A stretch of DNA of 64,000 nt from Escherichia coli (GCF_044324875.1 NZ_CP172186.1); one strand, 5' to 3'; shown: positions 10,437-20,647, counted from the first letter of the stretch. Program-made: numbers and translations. The notes: generated by a model from the sequence alone, not told the origin.

Positions 10437-11299
10437 GCTTAGTCAGCCGTTGTCTCCGGGTGTCGCGTGCGCAGTTGCACGTCATTCTCAGACGAACCGA
10501 TGACTGGATGGATGGCCGCCGCAGTCGTCACACTGATGATACGGATGTGCTTCTCCGTATACACCATGTTATCGGAGAGCTGCCAACGTATGGTTATCGT
10601 CGGGTATGGGCGCTGCTTCGCAGACAGGCAGAACTTGATGGTATGCCTGCGATCAATGCCAAACGTGTTTACCGGATCATGCGCCAGAATGCGCTGTTGC
10701 TTGAGCGAAAACCTGCTGTACCGCCATCGAAACGGGCACATACAGGCAGAGTGGCTGTGAAAGAAAGTAATCAGCGATGGTGCTCTGACGGGTTCGAGTT
10801 CCGCTGTGATAACGGAGAAAAACTGCGAGTCACGTTCGCGCTGGACTGCTGTGACCGTGAGGCACTGCACTGGGCGGTCACTACGGGCGGCTTCAACAGT
10901 GAAACAGTACAGGACGTCATGCTGGGAGCGGTGGAACGCCGCTTCGGCAACGAGCTTCCGGCGTCTCCAGTAGAGTGGCTGACGGATAATGGTTCATGCT
11001 ACCGGGCTAATGAAACACGGCAGTTTGCCCGGATGTTGGGGCTTGAACCGAAGAGCACGGCGGTGCGGAGTCCGGAGAGTAACGGCATAGCAGAGAGCTT
11101 CGTGAAAACGATAAAGCGTGACTACATCAGTGTCATGCCCAAACCAGACGGGTTAACGGCAGCAAAGAACCTTGCAGAGGCGTTCGAGCATTATAACGAA
11201 TGGCATCCGCATAGTGCACTGGGTTATCGCTCGCCACGGGAATATCTACGGCAGCAAGCCAGTAATGGGTTAAGTGATAACAGGTGTCTGGAAATATAG
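10394..11299 (+). CDS. insD: IS2 InsD (OrfB, DDE transposase)
   Basis: 301 aa [21 protein letters not shown]... Confidence 0.9.
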
Positions 11300-11563
11300 G
11301 GGCAAATCCAAAAAATACTTAGGAATAATTTATGTAAAACAGGTTGTCGTCTTCATGATTTAAACGCAGTACATATATATACTCTATAATAAATACAGGG
11401 AGTATCACGAGACGTCTGGATAAGAGGAATAACCAGAATAAATTGGTAAGGAATAAAGACACTTATTTCTATTGAGAAAAAACATTTATCCTGATGTGAT
11501 TAGTATCAATGAAATAATGTGCTTGTATGGTTGATAAAAATGCATCACTAAAGAAAAAACAGT

Positions 11564-14500
11564 ATGAATAAGAATATACGAATTTTACAGTTTCTGGTCA
11601 GTATACTTTATTCTGTGCAGTCTCATTTTTCTGGTGCGCAAACAATACAACTGAATGGTAATGGTATACCTGAAAGTATAACCAGGAGTATTACAGGTGT
11701 TGATGGAAACGCGGCGCTTAATATCAGCGTGCCGTATAAAACAAGTTATACTCAAAATATACTATCTGTTGAAAGCAGTATTAACATCAAAGGAGGAACA
11801 AGCAATACATCAATCGGTGGTGCAGGTGTCTACGGTGAAAACTTTACGCTAAATAATAATGGTAGTGTTTGGGGAGGAGATGGATATAATGGTGGAGTTG
11901 CTGTTAGTGGCAACAAAATATCTATAAACAATTACAGAAATGTATATGGGGGTAATGGTCTTGGTGGCTCAGGAAGTAGCGGAGGTGCAGGGTTAAGCGG
12001 GGATGATATTATAGTTGATAATTACAGAAGTATATACGGAGGTGATGATCTAGGTGGGACAGGTGGTTCCGGTGTAACCGGGAGCAATATTACAGTGCAT
12101 AATTCCGGAGGAATATGGGGTGGTAATGGCGTAAACGGTGGTGATGGTATTAATGGTAGTAATCTTTTCATTACTAACGACAACATGATATCTGGAGGAT
12201 ATGGAATAAAACAAGGGGGAGATGCTATTTCTGGAAATCAAATCACTTTGAATAATAACGGTATTGTTCAGGGGGGATATGGCCCCGACGGTAGTTGCTC
12301 TGTTTATGGAGAAGATATCCATATTAATAATCATGGTAATATTTCAGGCTCATATAATAGCCAAAAAGATGCTTATAACACATCAATAATTTTTTCTGCT
12401 GGGTATAATTCATTAGATATTTATTCAGATTCTGTGATTAATGGTGATATTAAACTAGCTAGTATACCTGTTAATGGTACAAATGAATTAATTATTAAAA
12501 ACATCAATAACGCAACAGCAATTAATGGTGGGCTAATGATTGGGAATGGCTCGTCTGTTTATCTGTCAAGCAAGAACATCATTTTTAACGGAAATATAAG
12601 TATTGATGAAGACGCATCTATGAACCTGTCTGCAGGAAATGCTAATGTTCACGCAAATACTATTACATTAAAAAGTGATTCATGGCTTAATATAGACACA
12701 TCAATTAAGAACTGGACTCAGGACTATTACACATTATTGTCGTCAGACACAGGTATCTCGATCGCTGATAATAGTCACATTGTACAATACAATGTATTAC
12801 TGACAGAAGGTGCTGAAAGTTATGTTTATACGTCTTTAAATGACGACGATAACAAACTGATATCCATGCTGAGATGGAATAATACAAAAGGGATGGGATA
12901 TGGAACCTTTAATATAGAAAAAGATGCCACTCTGAACATAGGAGTTTCTCTTTCCGATAATCTTTCACCTTTATTATATGATGGCTGGGACGGCAAAAGT
13001 CTGACAAAATCAGGTAATGGTACTCTTATACTTTCTGCAACAAACAACTATACAGGAAATACAGAGGTTAAATCTGGCGTATTAATTCTTGCTGCACCTG
13101 ATGCTCTTGGTCGGACTGAGTATTTATATTTATCCCGTGGCGCAGAACTGGATATGAATGGGTATCCTCAGACAATAAGCAAACTACTGACGGCTGCAGG
13201 CTCTGTGCTGAACATTCATGGCGGAAGCCTGATACTGAATAATGGAGGAGAATCTGCAGGTACTATTGCAGGGGATGGTTCTCTGAACATAAATGGGGGA
13301 ATGCTTGATATAACGGGTAATAATCGTAATTTTTCCGGTGTTTTTACCGTGAATAAGGGGGCTCAGTTGGCTGTATCCACGGCTGATAATCTGGGGACAG
13401 CCTTTGTTGATAACTATGGCACATTAACTCTGAACAGTACATCAGCATGGCAGCTTACCAACAATATCAGTGGTTATGGTAATGTTCGCAAGACGGGAGC
13501 AGGTGCACTGAACATTAGCGATAACGCAAAATGGACCGGGATGACAGATATTATTCAGGGGACATTGATTCTGGGTAACGCAGATTCACCGGTGATGCTC
13601 GGCAGTAACCAGGTCATTGTTGAAGAGCAGGGCAAACTCTCCGGGTTTGGGGGCGTTGCAGGAAATCTGAGCAATAGTGGTATAGTCGATCTCACTACAT
13701 ATATGCCGGGTAATATACTGACTGTCGGAGGGAATTACACTGGCAGAAATGGACTTATTCTCCTCCAGACAGAAACAGGTGGTGACAATTCGAAAACAGA
13801 TCGTCTGGTGATTAAAGGTAATGCCAGTGGCCGTACCCGTGTCGCTGTTACTCAGGCCGGTGGTACTGGTGCAGAGACACTTAATGGGATTGAAGTGATT
13901 CACGTCAGTGGCAATGCTGATAATGCTGAATTCATTCAGACGGAACGTATTACAGCCGGAGCTTATGATTACATACTGAAACGTGGTCAGGGGATTAACA
14001 GCACTAACTGGTATCTGATTAGCAGAAAAGACATTCCTGTACCACAACCTGAAGCTGTACCGGAAAACCATGATAATAATTTGCGTCCTGAGGCAGGTAG
14101 CTATGTTGCCAGTATTGCTGCTGCAAATAATCTGTTTGTAACGAATCTGTATGAACGACAGGGACAGGAGTTGTATATCAGCCACATGACAGGAGAAGAA
14201 AATGAAGCAGGTATCTGGATGTATAATAAAGGAAAACATAATCGCTGGCGTGACAACAGTAGTCAGCTGAGAACCCGGGGGAATAGCTACGTTGTGTTAA
14301 TAGGGGGAGATATAGCTCAGTGGAGCCTGAATGGTACCGATCGCTGGCATACAGGTATGATGGCTGGCTATGGTCATAATCATAACAGTACGAATGCCCT
14401 GAGCACCGGATACCATTCGGAAGGAAGAATGAATGGATACACTGCGGGTCTTTATGCAACATGGTATGCCAATGATGAAACACACAATGGTTCTTATCTT

Positions 14501-15061
14501 GATAGCTGGCTGCAATACAGCTGGTTTGATAATCATATAAATGGAGAACGGCTGCCTGCTGAGTCATGGAAGTCAAAAGGGTTTACGGTATCTCTGGAAG
14601 CAGGATATTCATGGAAGGCTGGAGAGTTTACCGACAATTACAAGGGAAGTCATGAATGGTATGTTCAGCCGCAGCTTCAGGTTGTCCGGATGAATGTAAA
14701 ATCAGACAGACATCGTGAAAGTAACGGAACCAGTATTGAAAATACCGGTAACGGAAATATTCTCACTCGCCTGGGAGCGAGAACATGGTTTGTCAGTAAA
14801 AACGGTAAGAATTCACGGTATGCAGTTCCTCTCAGGCCATTTGTAGAAGTAAACTGGCTGCACAATAGTCGTGTTTTCGGCACCAGTATGAATGGTGTAA
14901 GTATTTACCAGGATGGGGCGCATAATATCGGAGAAATAAATGGTGGTGTTGTGGGAGTGATAACTCCAGAAGTGGTATTGCGGGCTGATGCAGGCATTCA
15001 ACTTGGAGAGCATGGATACCGCAATGCATCTGCTATGTTCGGCGTGGAATATCGTTTCTGA
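11564..15061 (+). CDS. Autotransporter (type Va) adhesin-like protein, AIDA-I/Ag43 type
   Basis: 1165 aa; N-terminal signal peptide; Gly-rich repetitive passenger (GGxGxxGG repeats); C-terminal beta-barrel ending ...FGVEYRF; AT-rich. Confidence 0.8.
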   Translation: MNKNIRILQFLVSILYSVQSHFSGAQTIQLNGNGIPESITRSITGVDGNAALNISVPYKTSYTQNILSVESSINIKGGTSNTSIGGAGVYGENFTLNNNGSVWGGDGYNGGVAVSGNKISINNYRNVYGGNGLGGSGSSGGAGLSGDDIIVDNYRSIYGGDDLGGTGGSGVTGSNITVHNSGGIWGGNGVNGGDGINGSNLFITNDNMISGGYGIKQGGDAISGNQITLNNNGIVQGGYGPDGSCSVYGEDIHINNHGNISGSYNSQKDAYNTSIIFSAGYNSLDIYSDSVINGDIKLASIPVNGTNELIIKNINNATAINGGLMIGNGSSVYLSSKNIIFNGNISIDEDASMNLSAGNANVHANTITLKSDSWLNIDTSIKNWTQDYYTLLSSDTGISIADNSHIVQYNVLLTEGAESYVYTSLNDDDNKLISMLRWNNTKGMGYGTFNIEKDATLNIGVSLSDNLSPLLYDGWDGKSLTKSGNGTLILSATNNYTGNTEVKSGVLILAAPDALGRTEYLYLSRGAELDMNGYPQTISKLLTAAGSVLNIHGGSLILNNGGESAGTIAGDGSLNINGGMLDITGNNRNFSGVFTVNKGAQLAVSTADNLGTAFVDNYGTLTLNSTSAWQLTNNISGYGNVRKTGAGALNISDNAKWTGMTDIIQGTLILGNADSPVMLGSNQVIVEEQGKLSGFGGVAGNLSNSGIVDLTTYMPGNILTVGGNYTGRNGLILLQTETGGDNSKTDRLVIKGNASGRTRVAVTQAGGTGAETLNGIEVIHVSGNADNAEFIQTERITAGAYDYILKRGQGINSTNWYLISRKDIPVPQPEAVPENHDNNLRPEAGSYVASIAAANNLFVTNLYERQGQELYISHMTGEENEAGIWMYNKGKHNRWRDNSSQLRTRGNSYVVLIGGDIAQWSLNGTDRWHTGMMAGYGHNHNSTNALSTGYHSEGRMNGYTAGLYATWYANDETHNGSYLDSWLQYSWFDNHINGERLPAESWKSKGFTVSLEAGYSWKAGEFTDNYKGSHEWYVQPQLQVVRMNVKSDRHRESNGTSIENTGNGNILTRLGARTWFVSKNGKNSRYAVPLRPFVEVNWLHNSRVFGTSMNGVSIYQDGAHNIGEINGGVVGVITPEVVLRADAGIQLGEHGYRNASAMFGVEYRF

Positions 15062-15207
15062 TGACTCTTTACATTATGAACATTCTTCGCAATATATTGT
15101 TTATAAGGCATGGTTAGCTGGGGGAAGCGGAAAATATGAAGACAGTAATGATTTGAACCGCCCCGGAAATCCTGGAGACTAAACTTCCTGAGAAAGATGT
15201 AAACAGG

Positions 15208-15534
15208 ATGACTAAAAATACTCGTTTTTCCCCCGAAGTCCGTCAACGGGCAGTTCGTATGGTTCTGGAAAGCCAGGGCGAATATGACTCACAATGGGCG
15301 GCAATTTGTTCCATTGCTCCAAAGATTGGCTGTACGCCAGAGACCCTGCGTGTCTGGGTTCGCCAGCATGAGCGGGATACCGGGGGCGGTGATGGTGGGC
15401 TCACCACCGCTGAACGTCAGCGTCTGAAAGAGCTGGAACGCGAAAATCGTGAACTGCGCCGCAGTAACGATATCCTTCGCCAGGCTTCCGCTTATTTTGC
15501 GAAGGCGGAGTTCGACCGCCTCTGGAAAAAATAA
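15208..15534 (+). CDS. IS3-family transposase OrfA
   Basis: 108 aa [26 protein letters not shown]... Confidence 0.9.
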   Translation: MTKNTRFSPEVRQRAVRMVLESQGEYDSQWAAICSIAPKIGCTPETLRVWVRQHERDTGGGDGGLTTAERQRLKELERENRELRRSNDILRQASAYFAKAEFDRLWKK

Positions 15535-15555
15535 TGCCACTGCTGGATAAGCTGC

Positions 15556-16401
15556 GTGAGCTGCAGTGAGCTGCATATTGCCCCGTCAACGTATTACCAC
15601 TGTCAGCAACAGCAGCATCATCCTGATAAACGCAGCGCCCGTGCGCAGCGTGATGACTGGCTGAAGAAAGAGATACAGCGCGTATACGATGAAAATCACC
15701 AGGTGTACGGTGTGCGTAAAGTCTGGCGTCAGTTGTTACGGGAAGGTATCAGAGTGGCCAGATGCACTGTGACACGTCTTATGGCGGTTATGGGTTTTGC
15801 CGATGTTCTCCGGGGTAAAAAGGTCCGCATTACCGTCAGCCGGAAAGCCGTTGCCGCAGGCGACCGCGTAAACCGTCATTTCGTGGCAGAACGTCCTGAC
15901 CAGCTGTGGGTGGCTGATTTTACTTACGTCAGCACATGGCAGGGCTTTGTTTATGTGGCGTTCATCATTGATGTGTTTGCCGGATACATCGTGGGATGGC
16001 GGGTCTCCTCGTCCATGGAAACGACATTCGTGCTGGATGCACTGGAGCAGGCGTTGTGGGCCCGTCGTCCATCTGGCACCATCCATCACAGCGATAAAGG
16101 CTCTCAGTATGTATCGCTGGCCTACACGCAGCGGCTTAAGGAAGTCGGATTACTGGCATCAACAGGGAGCACAGGCGACTCGTATGACAACGCGATGGCG
16201 GAGAGCATCAATGGTCTTTACAAGGCGGAGGTAATACACCGTAAGAGCTGGAAAAACCGGACAGAAGTGGAGCTGGCTACACTCACGTGGGTGGACTGGT
16301 ATAACAATCGACGATTGCTGGAAAGGCTGGGCCATACTCCCCCGGCAGAAGCAGAAAAAGCTTATTATGCTTCCATCGGAAACAATGATCTGGCAGCCTG
16401 A
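15556..16401 (+). CDS. IS3-family transposase OrfB (DDE; made as OrfAB fusion by -1 frameshift)
   Basis: 281 aa; tracked start is an alternative codon downstream of the frameshift window. Confidence 0.85.
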   Translation: MSCSELHIAPSTYYHCQQQQHHPDKRSARAQRDDWLKKEIQRVYDENHQVYGVRKVWRQLLREGIRVARCTVTRLMAVMGFADVLRGKKVRITVSRKAVAAGDRVNRHFVAERPDQLWVADFTYVSTWQGFVYVAFIIDVFAGYIVGWRVSSSMETTFVLDALEQALWARRPSGTIHHSDKGSQYVSLAYTQRLKEVGLLASTGSTGDSYDNAMAESINGLYKAEVIHRKSWKNRTEVELATLTWVDWYNNRRLLERLGHTPPAEAEKAYYASIGNNDLAA

Positions 16402-16493
16402 GTTCACAGACAAAACATTCTCCAGGAAACCCGGGGCGGTTCAATATGGATACCAGCTGTTCACTTCCAGAGCGGGCTGTTACCCGCTCTGCG

Positions 16494-17726
16494 TCATGTT
16501 GCCGCCAGCGGGCGACAGATCGCCCGCAGGGCGACGGCGCTGCACAGCGGAAACAGCGCCAGCAGAAGCCAGGGATAAACCGCCTGCGGCGACGGAATGA
16601 GCGCCTGGTCAAGTAAATGACCGAGCAGTAAATTCCCGGCTAACACCGCGCACCCTCCTGCGGTGGCGAGCGCTCCGTAGTGGGCGCCCAGCGTCGACTC
16701 CTCGGCGAACAGCGGGATCAGATCCTTGGCTGCGGGCACTAACAGCATCTGGCCGAGGGTGAGCAGCGTGACAAAACCAGCCGCCGGCATTAACCGCAGC
16801 CAACTTTCGGCGGGTGGGGCGGCGGCGAATAACGCCACGCTGGCAAAGGAAGCCGACAGCAGCAGAAAGCCCACCGGCAGGATGCGCACGGCGCCCATTC
16901 GCCGGGCGAAGCGGGCGAGAGGGAGCTGGAGGGTGATAATCAACAGCGAGGCCAGCATAAAGAGCGGCGCCAGATCCTGCTCGCGGCCGCCGGAACGTTG
17001 GATCTCCACCGGCAGAGCGAGGTAGAGTTGGTTGTAGCTCAACAGCCATGAGCTGTAGGCGAGAATAAACGCGACAAAGCGCGGCTGGCGCAAAGGCGTC
17101 CACCATGGGACTCGTCTGCGCGTTGTTGTCGTGTGCCCGTCGGCGGGCAGACCGAAAAAGAGCACCGCCAGCGCCAGAAGAAATATTCCCGCGCCGGCGA
17201 GGGCGATATGTCGAAAGCCGATCCCGCTCAGCACGCCTCCGGCCACCGGGCCGATCACCGCTCCCAGTTCACCGCATACCGCAAACAGCGCAAACCACTC
17301 GGCGCGGCTGCGTTTCCCGTTGGCCTGGCTGTGGGTACCGGCCCGCGCCAGCAGGGCCTCTATCGACGGGGAGAACAGGGCGCCGCCGACGCCGGTCAGG
17401 CAGGCGCCAAGGATAATGGCCCACAGCGACGCCCCGCACGCCAGCAGGAGAAAACCGGCGACGCGAACGACGCAGCCGGCGAGAATGATCGCCTTAGCGC
17501 CATAGCGGTCGGCCAGCGTCCCGCCGAGGATAAACATCCCCTGTTGGGAGAAGGTACGCAGCCCGAGGATCAGGCCGATAAGTCCGCCTGAGAGCAGCAT
17601 GTCGTCGCGCAGGAAGAGGGCGAGGAAAGGTACGACCGCGTAAAAGCCAATATTAAAAACGAACTGGCTTCCCAGTAACACCGGAGGCCAGAGGGTTGCC
17701 GCAGGGCGCAGGGAGAAAAGAGGCAT
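16494..17726 (-). CDS. MFS transporter
   Basis: 12-TM-like hydrophobic profile; ATG at 17726 chosen (tracked ORF extends to 17816 and overlaps the ATPase gene). Confidence 0.7.
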   Translation of the reverse strand: MPLFSLRPAATLWPPVLLGSQFVFNIGFYAVVPFLALFLRDDMLLSGGLIGLILGLRTFSQQGMFILGGTLADRYGAKAIILAGCVVRVAGFLLLACGASLWAIILGACLTGVGGALFSPSIEALLARAGTHSQANGKRSRAEWFALFAVCGELGAVIGPVAGGVLSGIGFRHIALAGAGIFLLALAVLFFGLPADGHTTTTRRRVPWWTPLRQPRFVAFILAYSSWLLSYNQLYLALPVEIQRSGGREQDLAPLFMLASLLIITLQLPLARFARRMGAVRILPVGFLLLSASFASVALFAAAPPAESWLRLMPAAGFVTLLTLGQMLLVPAAKDLIPLFAEESTLGAHYGALATAGGCAVLAGNLLLGHLLDQALIPSPQAVYPWLLLALFPLCSAVALRAICRPLAAT

Positions 17727-17737
17727 ATCCGCCCAAC

Positions 17738-18502
17738 CTAAACGATGAAATGAATGTGCTTTTTGCCGTGGTAAGGGGAGATCTCGATTTTGGTTTTCAC
17801 CCGGAAAACGTCCCACAGCAGCGCTTCGGACAAAATCTCCTCCGGCGTCCCGCTGGCGAGGATCTGCCCCTGCTGCATCACGATCAGCGAATCGCAGAAC
17901 ATCGCGGCATGGTTAAGATCGTGAATGGCCACAATGCTGGTTACCGGCAGCTCGCTGATCAACTGCATTAACTGCATCTGATGGTGTATATCCAGATGGT
18001 TGGTCGGCTCATCCAGCAGGATTTCGCTCGGGCTCTGCGCCAGCGCGCGGGCGATATGCACCCGCTGCCGCTCGCCGCCGGAGAGGCTTAACCATCCCTG
18101 TTCGCTTTTCTCCAGCATCGCTACCCGCTGCAGCGCGGCGGCAATCGCTTCGTCATCCTGAGCGCTCCAGTTTGAGAACGGAGAGTGGTGGGGAATGCGT
18201 CCCAGGCGCACGACGTCGCGCACCCGCATATTGGCCTCGGTCATGCCGTGTTGCTCGACGCAAGCCACGCGGCGGGCGAGCTGCTTTTTCGCCATCCGGG
18301 CGATATCCTGGCCGTCGAGGGTGACGCGACCTGCATCCGGGCGGCGCAGGCCCGCCAGAACGCGCAGCAGCGAGGATTTGCCGCAGCCGTTGGGCCCCAG
18401 CAGTCCGACCGTTTCTCCGCGCGGCACCCGCAGCGAGACATTATTGACGATGACCTTTTTGCCTGCCTTCCAGGTGATATTTTCAGCGCAAATACTCATC
18501 AC
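17738..18502 (-). CDS. ABC transporter ATP-binding protein (FecE/FepC-like, iron-chelate uptake)
   Basis: Walker A GPNGCGKSS, signature LSGGERQR, Walker B ILLDEPT. Confidence 0.9.
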   Translation of the reverse strand: MMSICAENITWKAGKKVIVNNVSLRVPRGETVGLLGPNGCGKSSLLRVLAGLRRPDAGRVTLDGQDIARMAKKQLARRVACVEQHGMTEANMRVRDVVRLGRIPHHSPFSNWSAQDDEAIAAALQRVAMLEKSEQGWLSLSGGERQRVHIARALAQSPSEILLDEPTNHLDIHHQMQLMQLISELPVTSIVAIHDLNHAAMFCDSLIVMQQGQILASGTPEEILSEALLWDVFRVKTKIEISPYHGKKHIHFIV

Positions 18503-19536
18503 TTATTCCTTGAGCGGTAGATAATCACGGCAAAGAAAGGCACCCCAACCAGGGCGGTTACTACCCCAACGGGCAGACTTTGCGGGGCAATCAGCAGGCG
18601 CGACGCAATGTCCGCCAGTACCATCAATATCGCCCCTGCCAGCGCGCTGGCGATCAGCAACGTTCGGTGCAGCGGGCCAAAGAAGAAACGCATCACGTGC
18701 GGCACCACCAGGCCAACAAAGCCGATTGAGCCGGCCATGCTGACGATGGTGGCGGTGATCAGCGCCGCAGTGGTGAAGAGGATCAGGCGCACGCGCGGCA
18801 CAGCAATCCCCAGCGAGGCGGCGGCATCGTCGCCGAAGGTGAACGCGTCCAGCGCCCGGGCATACCACAGGCAGACCGCCAGACCCGCGAGCACCACCAC
18901 GATGACCAACTGGAATTCGGGCCAGCGGACGCCGCTGAAGCTGCCCAGCAGCCAGAACATCACATCGCGCGCCTGCTGCGCGCTGGCGGTGGTGCTGATG
19001 GTATAGGCCGTGATGGCGTTAAATAACTGCGAGGCGGCGACGCCCGCAAGAATCGTACGCTCATTGCCGCCGCGCGCGCCGTTAGTCAGCAAGGCGACAA
19101 AGGCGAAGGCGGCGAAGGCCCCGGCAAAGGCGCCTGCCGAGAGGGAAATTGCGCCAGAGCCAAGGCCCAGCACCACGATCGACACCGCGCCGGTGGAGGC
19201 CCCGGCGGAGACGCCGAGGACGTAGGGTTCGGCGAGGGCATTCTTCAGCAAGCTTTGCAGCACGACACCGCAGATAGCGAGGCCGGCGCCGCAGCAGGCG
19301 GCGACCAGCGCGCGGCTGAGGCGGAAATCCCAGATAACGCTCTCATAGATACGGTTGAGCGGCTCAGCGGTTAAGCCGGTTCTGTTGCTGATAGCATAAA
19401 AGACATTCTGCAGCGGGATGGCCAGCTCGCCAACGCTGACGCCCACAGCGATCACCAGCGCCAGCACGATCGCTGCCAGTACACACCAGCCGGTGAGCAG
19501 TATGCTGCGGCACGTCTCAATCGCGCCGACGCTCAT
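18499..19536 (-). CDS. ABC transporter permease (FecCD family)
   Basis: 345 aa, multi-TM; overlaps the ATPase gene start by 4 nt. Confidence 0.85.
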   Translation of the reverse strand: MSVGAIETCRSILLTGWCVLAAIVLALVIAVGVSVGELAIPLQNVFYAISNRTGLTAEPLNRIYESVIWDFRLSRALVAACCGAGLAICGVVLQSLLKNALAEPYVLGVSAGASTGAVSIVVLGLGSGAISLSAGAFAGAFAAFAFVALLTNGARGGNERTILAGVAASQLFNAITAYTISTTASAQQARDVMFWLLGSFSGVRWPEFQLVIVVVLAGLAVCLWYARALDAFTFGDDAAASLGIAVPRVRLILFTTAALITATIVSMAGSIGFVGLVVPHVMRFFFGPLHRTLLIASALAGAILMVLADIASRLLIAPQSLPVGVVTALVGVPFFAVIIYRSRNK

Positions 19537-20534
19537 CAGTTCAGCCCCATTTTTCTCAGCTGCTCGCCCACCTGCTCCGCGCCGTAAAGCGTGCGAATGG
19601 TCGGATTCATCGCCTGACCGTCCATGACCACGATATGGCCTTTTTTCACCGCCTCCAGCTGGCTGACGGCGGGATCGCTTTTGAGGAATTTGATCTTCTC
19701 CTCGGCTTTATCCAGCGCCCAGCGGTTACGATCCAGGCTGGCGACCACGATCACATCCGGGTTGGCGGCAATAATGCTCTCCCAGCTCACCGTGGGCCAC
19801 TCGGTTTCGGAGGTAATCGCATTATGTCCGCCCAGCACGCTGGCGATAAATCCGGAGGCGCTGTTTTTGCCGCCGACATAGGCATCGGCCGAAGGTGAGG
19901 CGCTGGAGAACCAGAAGACGAAGGAGAGATCCTTTTTGCTTTTACCAAACTCCTGGCGCAGGTCGGCTTCACGTTTTTTGAAATCGGCAATCAGCGCCTG
20001 ACCACGATCTTCGACGTTGAAAATGCGGGAAAAATCGCTAATTTCCTGATACAGCCAGGTCATATCCCACAGCTTTTGCCGGCTGCCGTACATATCGCCG
20101 GTGGCCTTTTTGGTGGCGCACACCCCCGGTGAGACGTAGCTGTTCACGCCGACGGTGGCGAGATCTTCACGCCTGGCGACTTTGCTTTCCGGCCCCAGCA
20201 GCAGCGGCAACTGGGCGGGAACGAAATCAGGATTTTGCGCCAGCACCGATTCCAGGCTCGGAATTTCCACCGTCAAGGTTTTAATCTTCGCGTTTTGCTC
20301 AGCCAGCTGCGGTAAAACGCTGGTCGGCCAGAAGGCGCTGGCGACCACCTGCTTTTGCAGCCCGAGCAGCAGCAGAATTTCGACCGTATTTTGCCCCAGC
20401 GCGACCACGCGCTCCGGCGGCCGGGTGAAGGTCTCCTGATAGCCGCAGTTTTCAATCGTCAGGGGGTAGGTTGTTGCCAGCGCGGAACTGACGGCGGTGA
20501 ACATCAAGCCTAACGCGCAAAGGACCTTCTTCAT
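19536..20534 (-). CDS. Periplasmic substrate-binding protein (iron-siderophore/heme/B12 class)
   Basis: 332 aa with N-terminal signal peptide MKKVLCALGLMFTAVSSALA; first gene of a four-gene operon. Confidence 0.8.
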   Translation of the reverse strand: MKKVLCALGLMFTAVSSALATTYPLTIENCGYQETFTRPPERVVALGQNTVEILLLLGLQKQVVASAFWPTSVLPQLAEQNAKIKTLTVEIPSLESVLAQNPDFVPAQLPLLLGPESKVARREDLATVGVNSYVSPGVCATKKATGDMYGSRQKLWDMTWLYQEISDFSRIFNVEDRGQALIADFKKREADLRQEFGKSKKDLSFVFWFSSASPSADAYVGGKNSASGFIASVLGGHNAITSETEWPTVSWESIIAANPDVIVVASLDRNRWALDKAEEKIKFLKSDPAVSQLEAVKKGHIVVMDGQAMNPTIRTLYGAEQVGEQLRKMGLN

Positions 20535-20585
20535 TAAACGCTATCCTTGTAAACAGGCGAGTGGATGACCAGCAAATGGGAGTAA

Positions 20586-20607
20586 TGCAAATGAAACTCA
20601 TTATTAT
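20586..20607. promoter_or_regulatory. Fur-box-like site upstream of the ABC importer operon
   Basis: GCAAATGAAACTCATTATTATC; 14 of 19 matches to GATAATGATAATCATTATC, 50-70 bp upstream of the start codon. Confidence 0.45.
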
Positions 20608-20647
20608 CGCGGGGTTTTATACAATGCCATATTTACAGTGTCAATGT

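Larger units (their letters stand above)
7530..11310 (+). mobile_element. IS2, copy 1, interrupted by an IS66-family element; no target-site duplication
   Basis: Ends TAGACTGGCCCCCTGAATCTCCAGACAACC ... GGGGCAAATCCA; 1331 bp after removing the 2450-bp insert; flanks TCGTG / AAAAA differ. Confidence 0.9.
15154..16443 (+). mobile_element. IS3-family element (IS629/IS1203-like), copy B (1290 bp), no TSD
   Basis: IRs TGAACCGCCCCGGAAATCCTGGAG ... CCAGGAAACCCGGGGCGGTTCA; orfA + orfB. Confidence 0.85.

Noticed and set aside
12050-14576. Several minus-strand ORFs (94-217 aa) inside the autotransporter gene
   Set aside because: Antisense to a long, well-supported coding sequence; repetitive Gly-rich codons generate open antisense frames.
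16609-17591. GC-rich ORFs overlapping the MFS gene on both strands (103-165 aa)
   Set aside because: High-GC region produces long spurious frames; products are Arg/Pro/Ala-rich low-complexity sequences with no start context.
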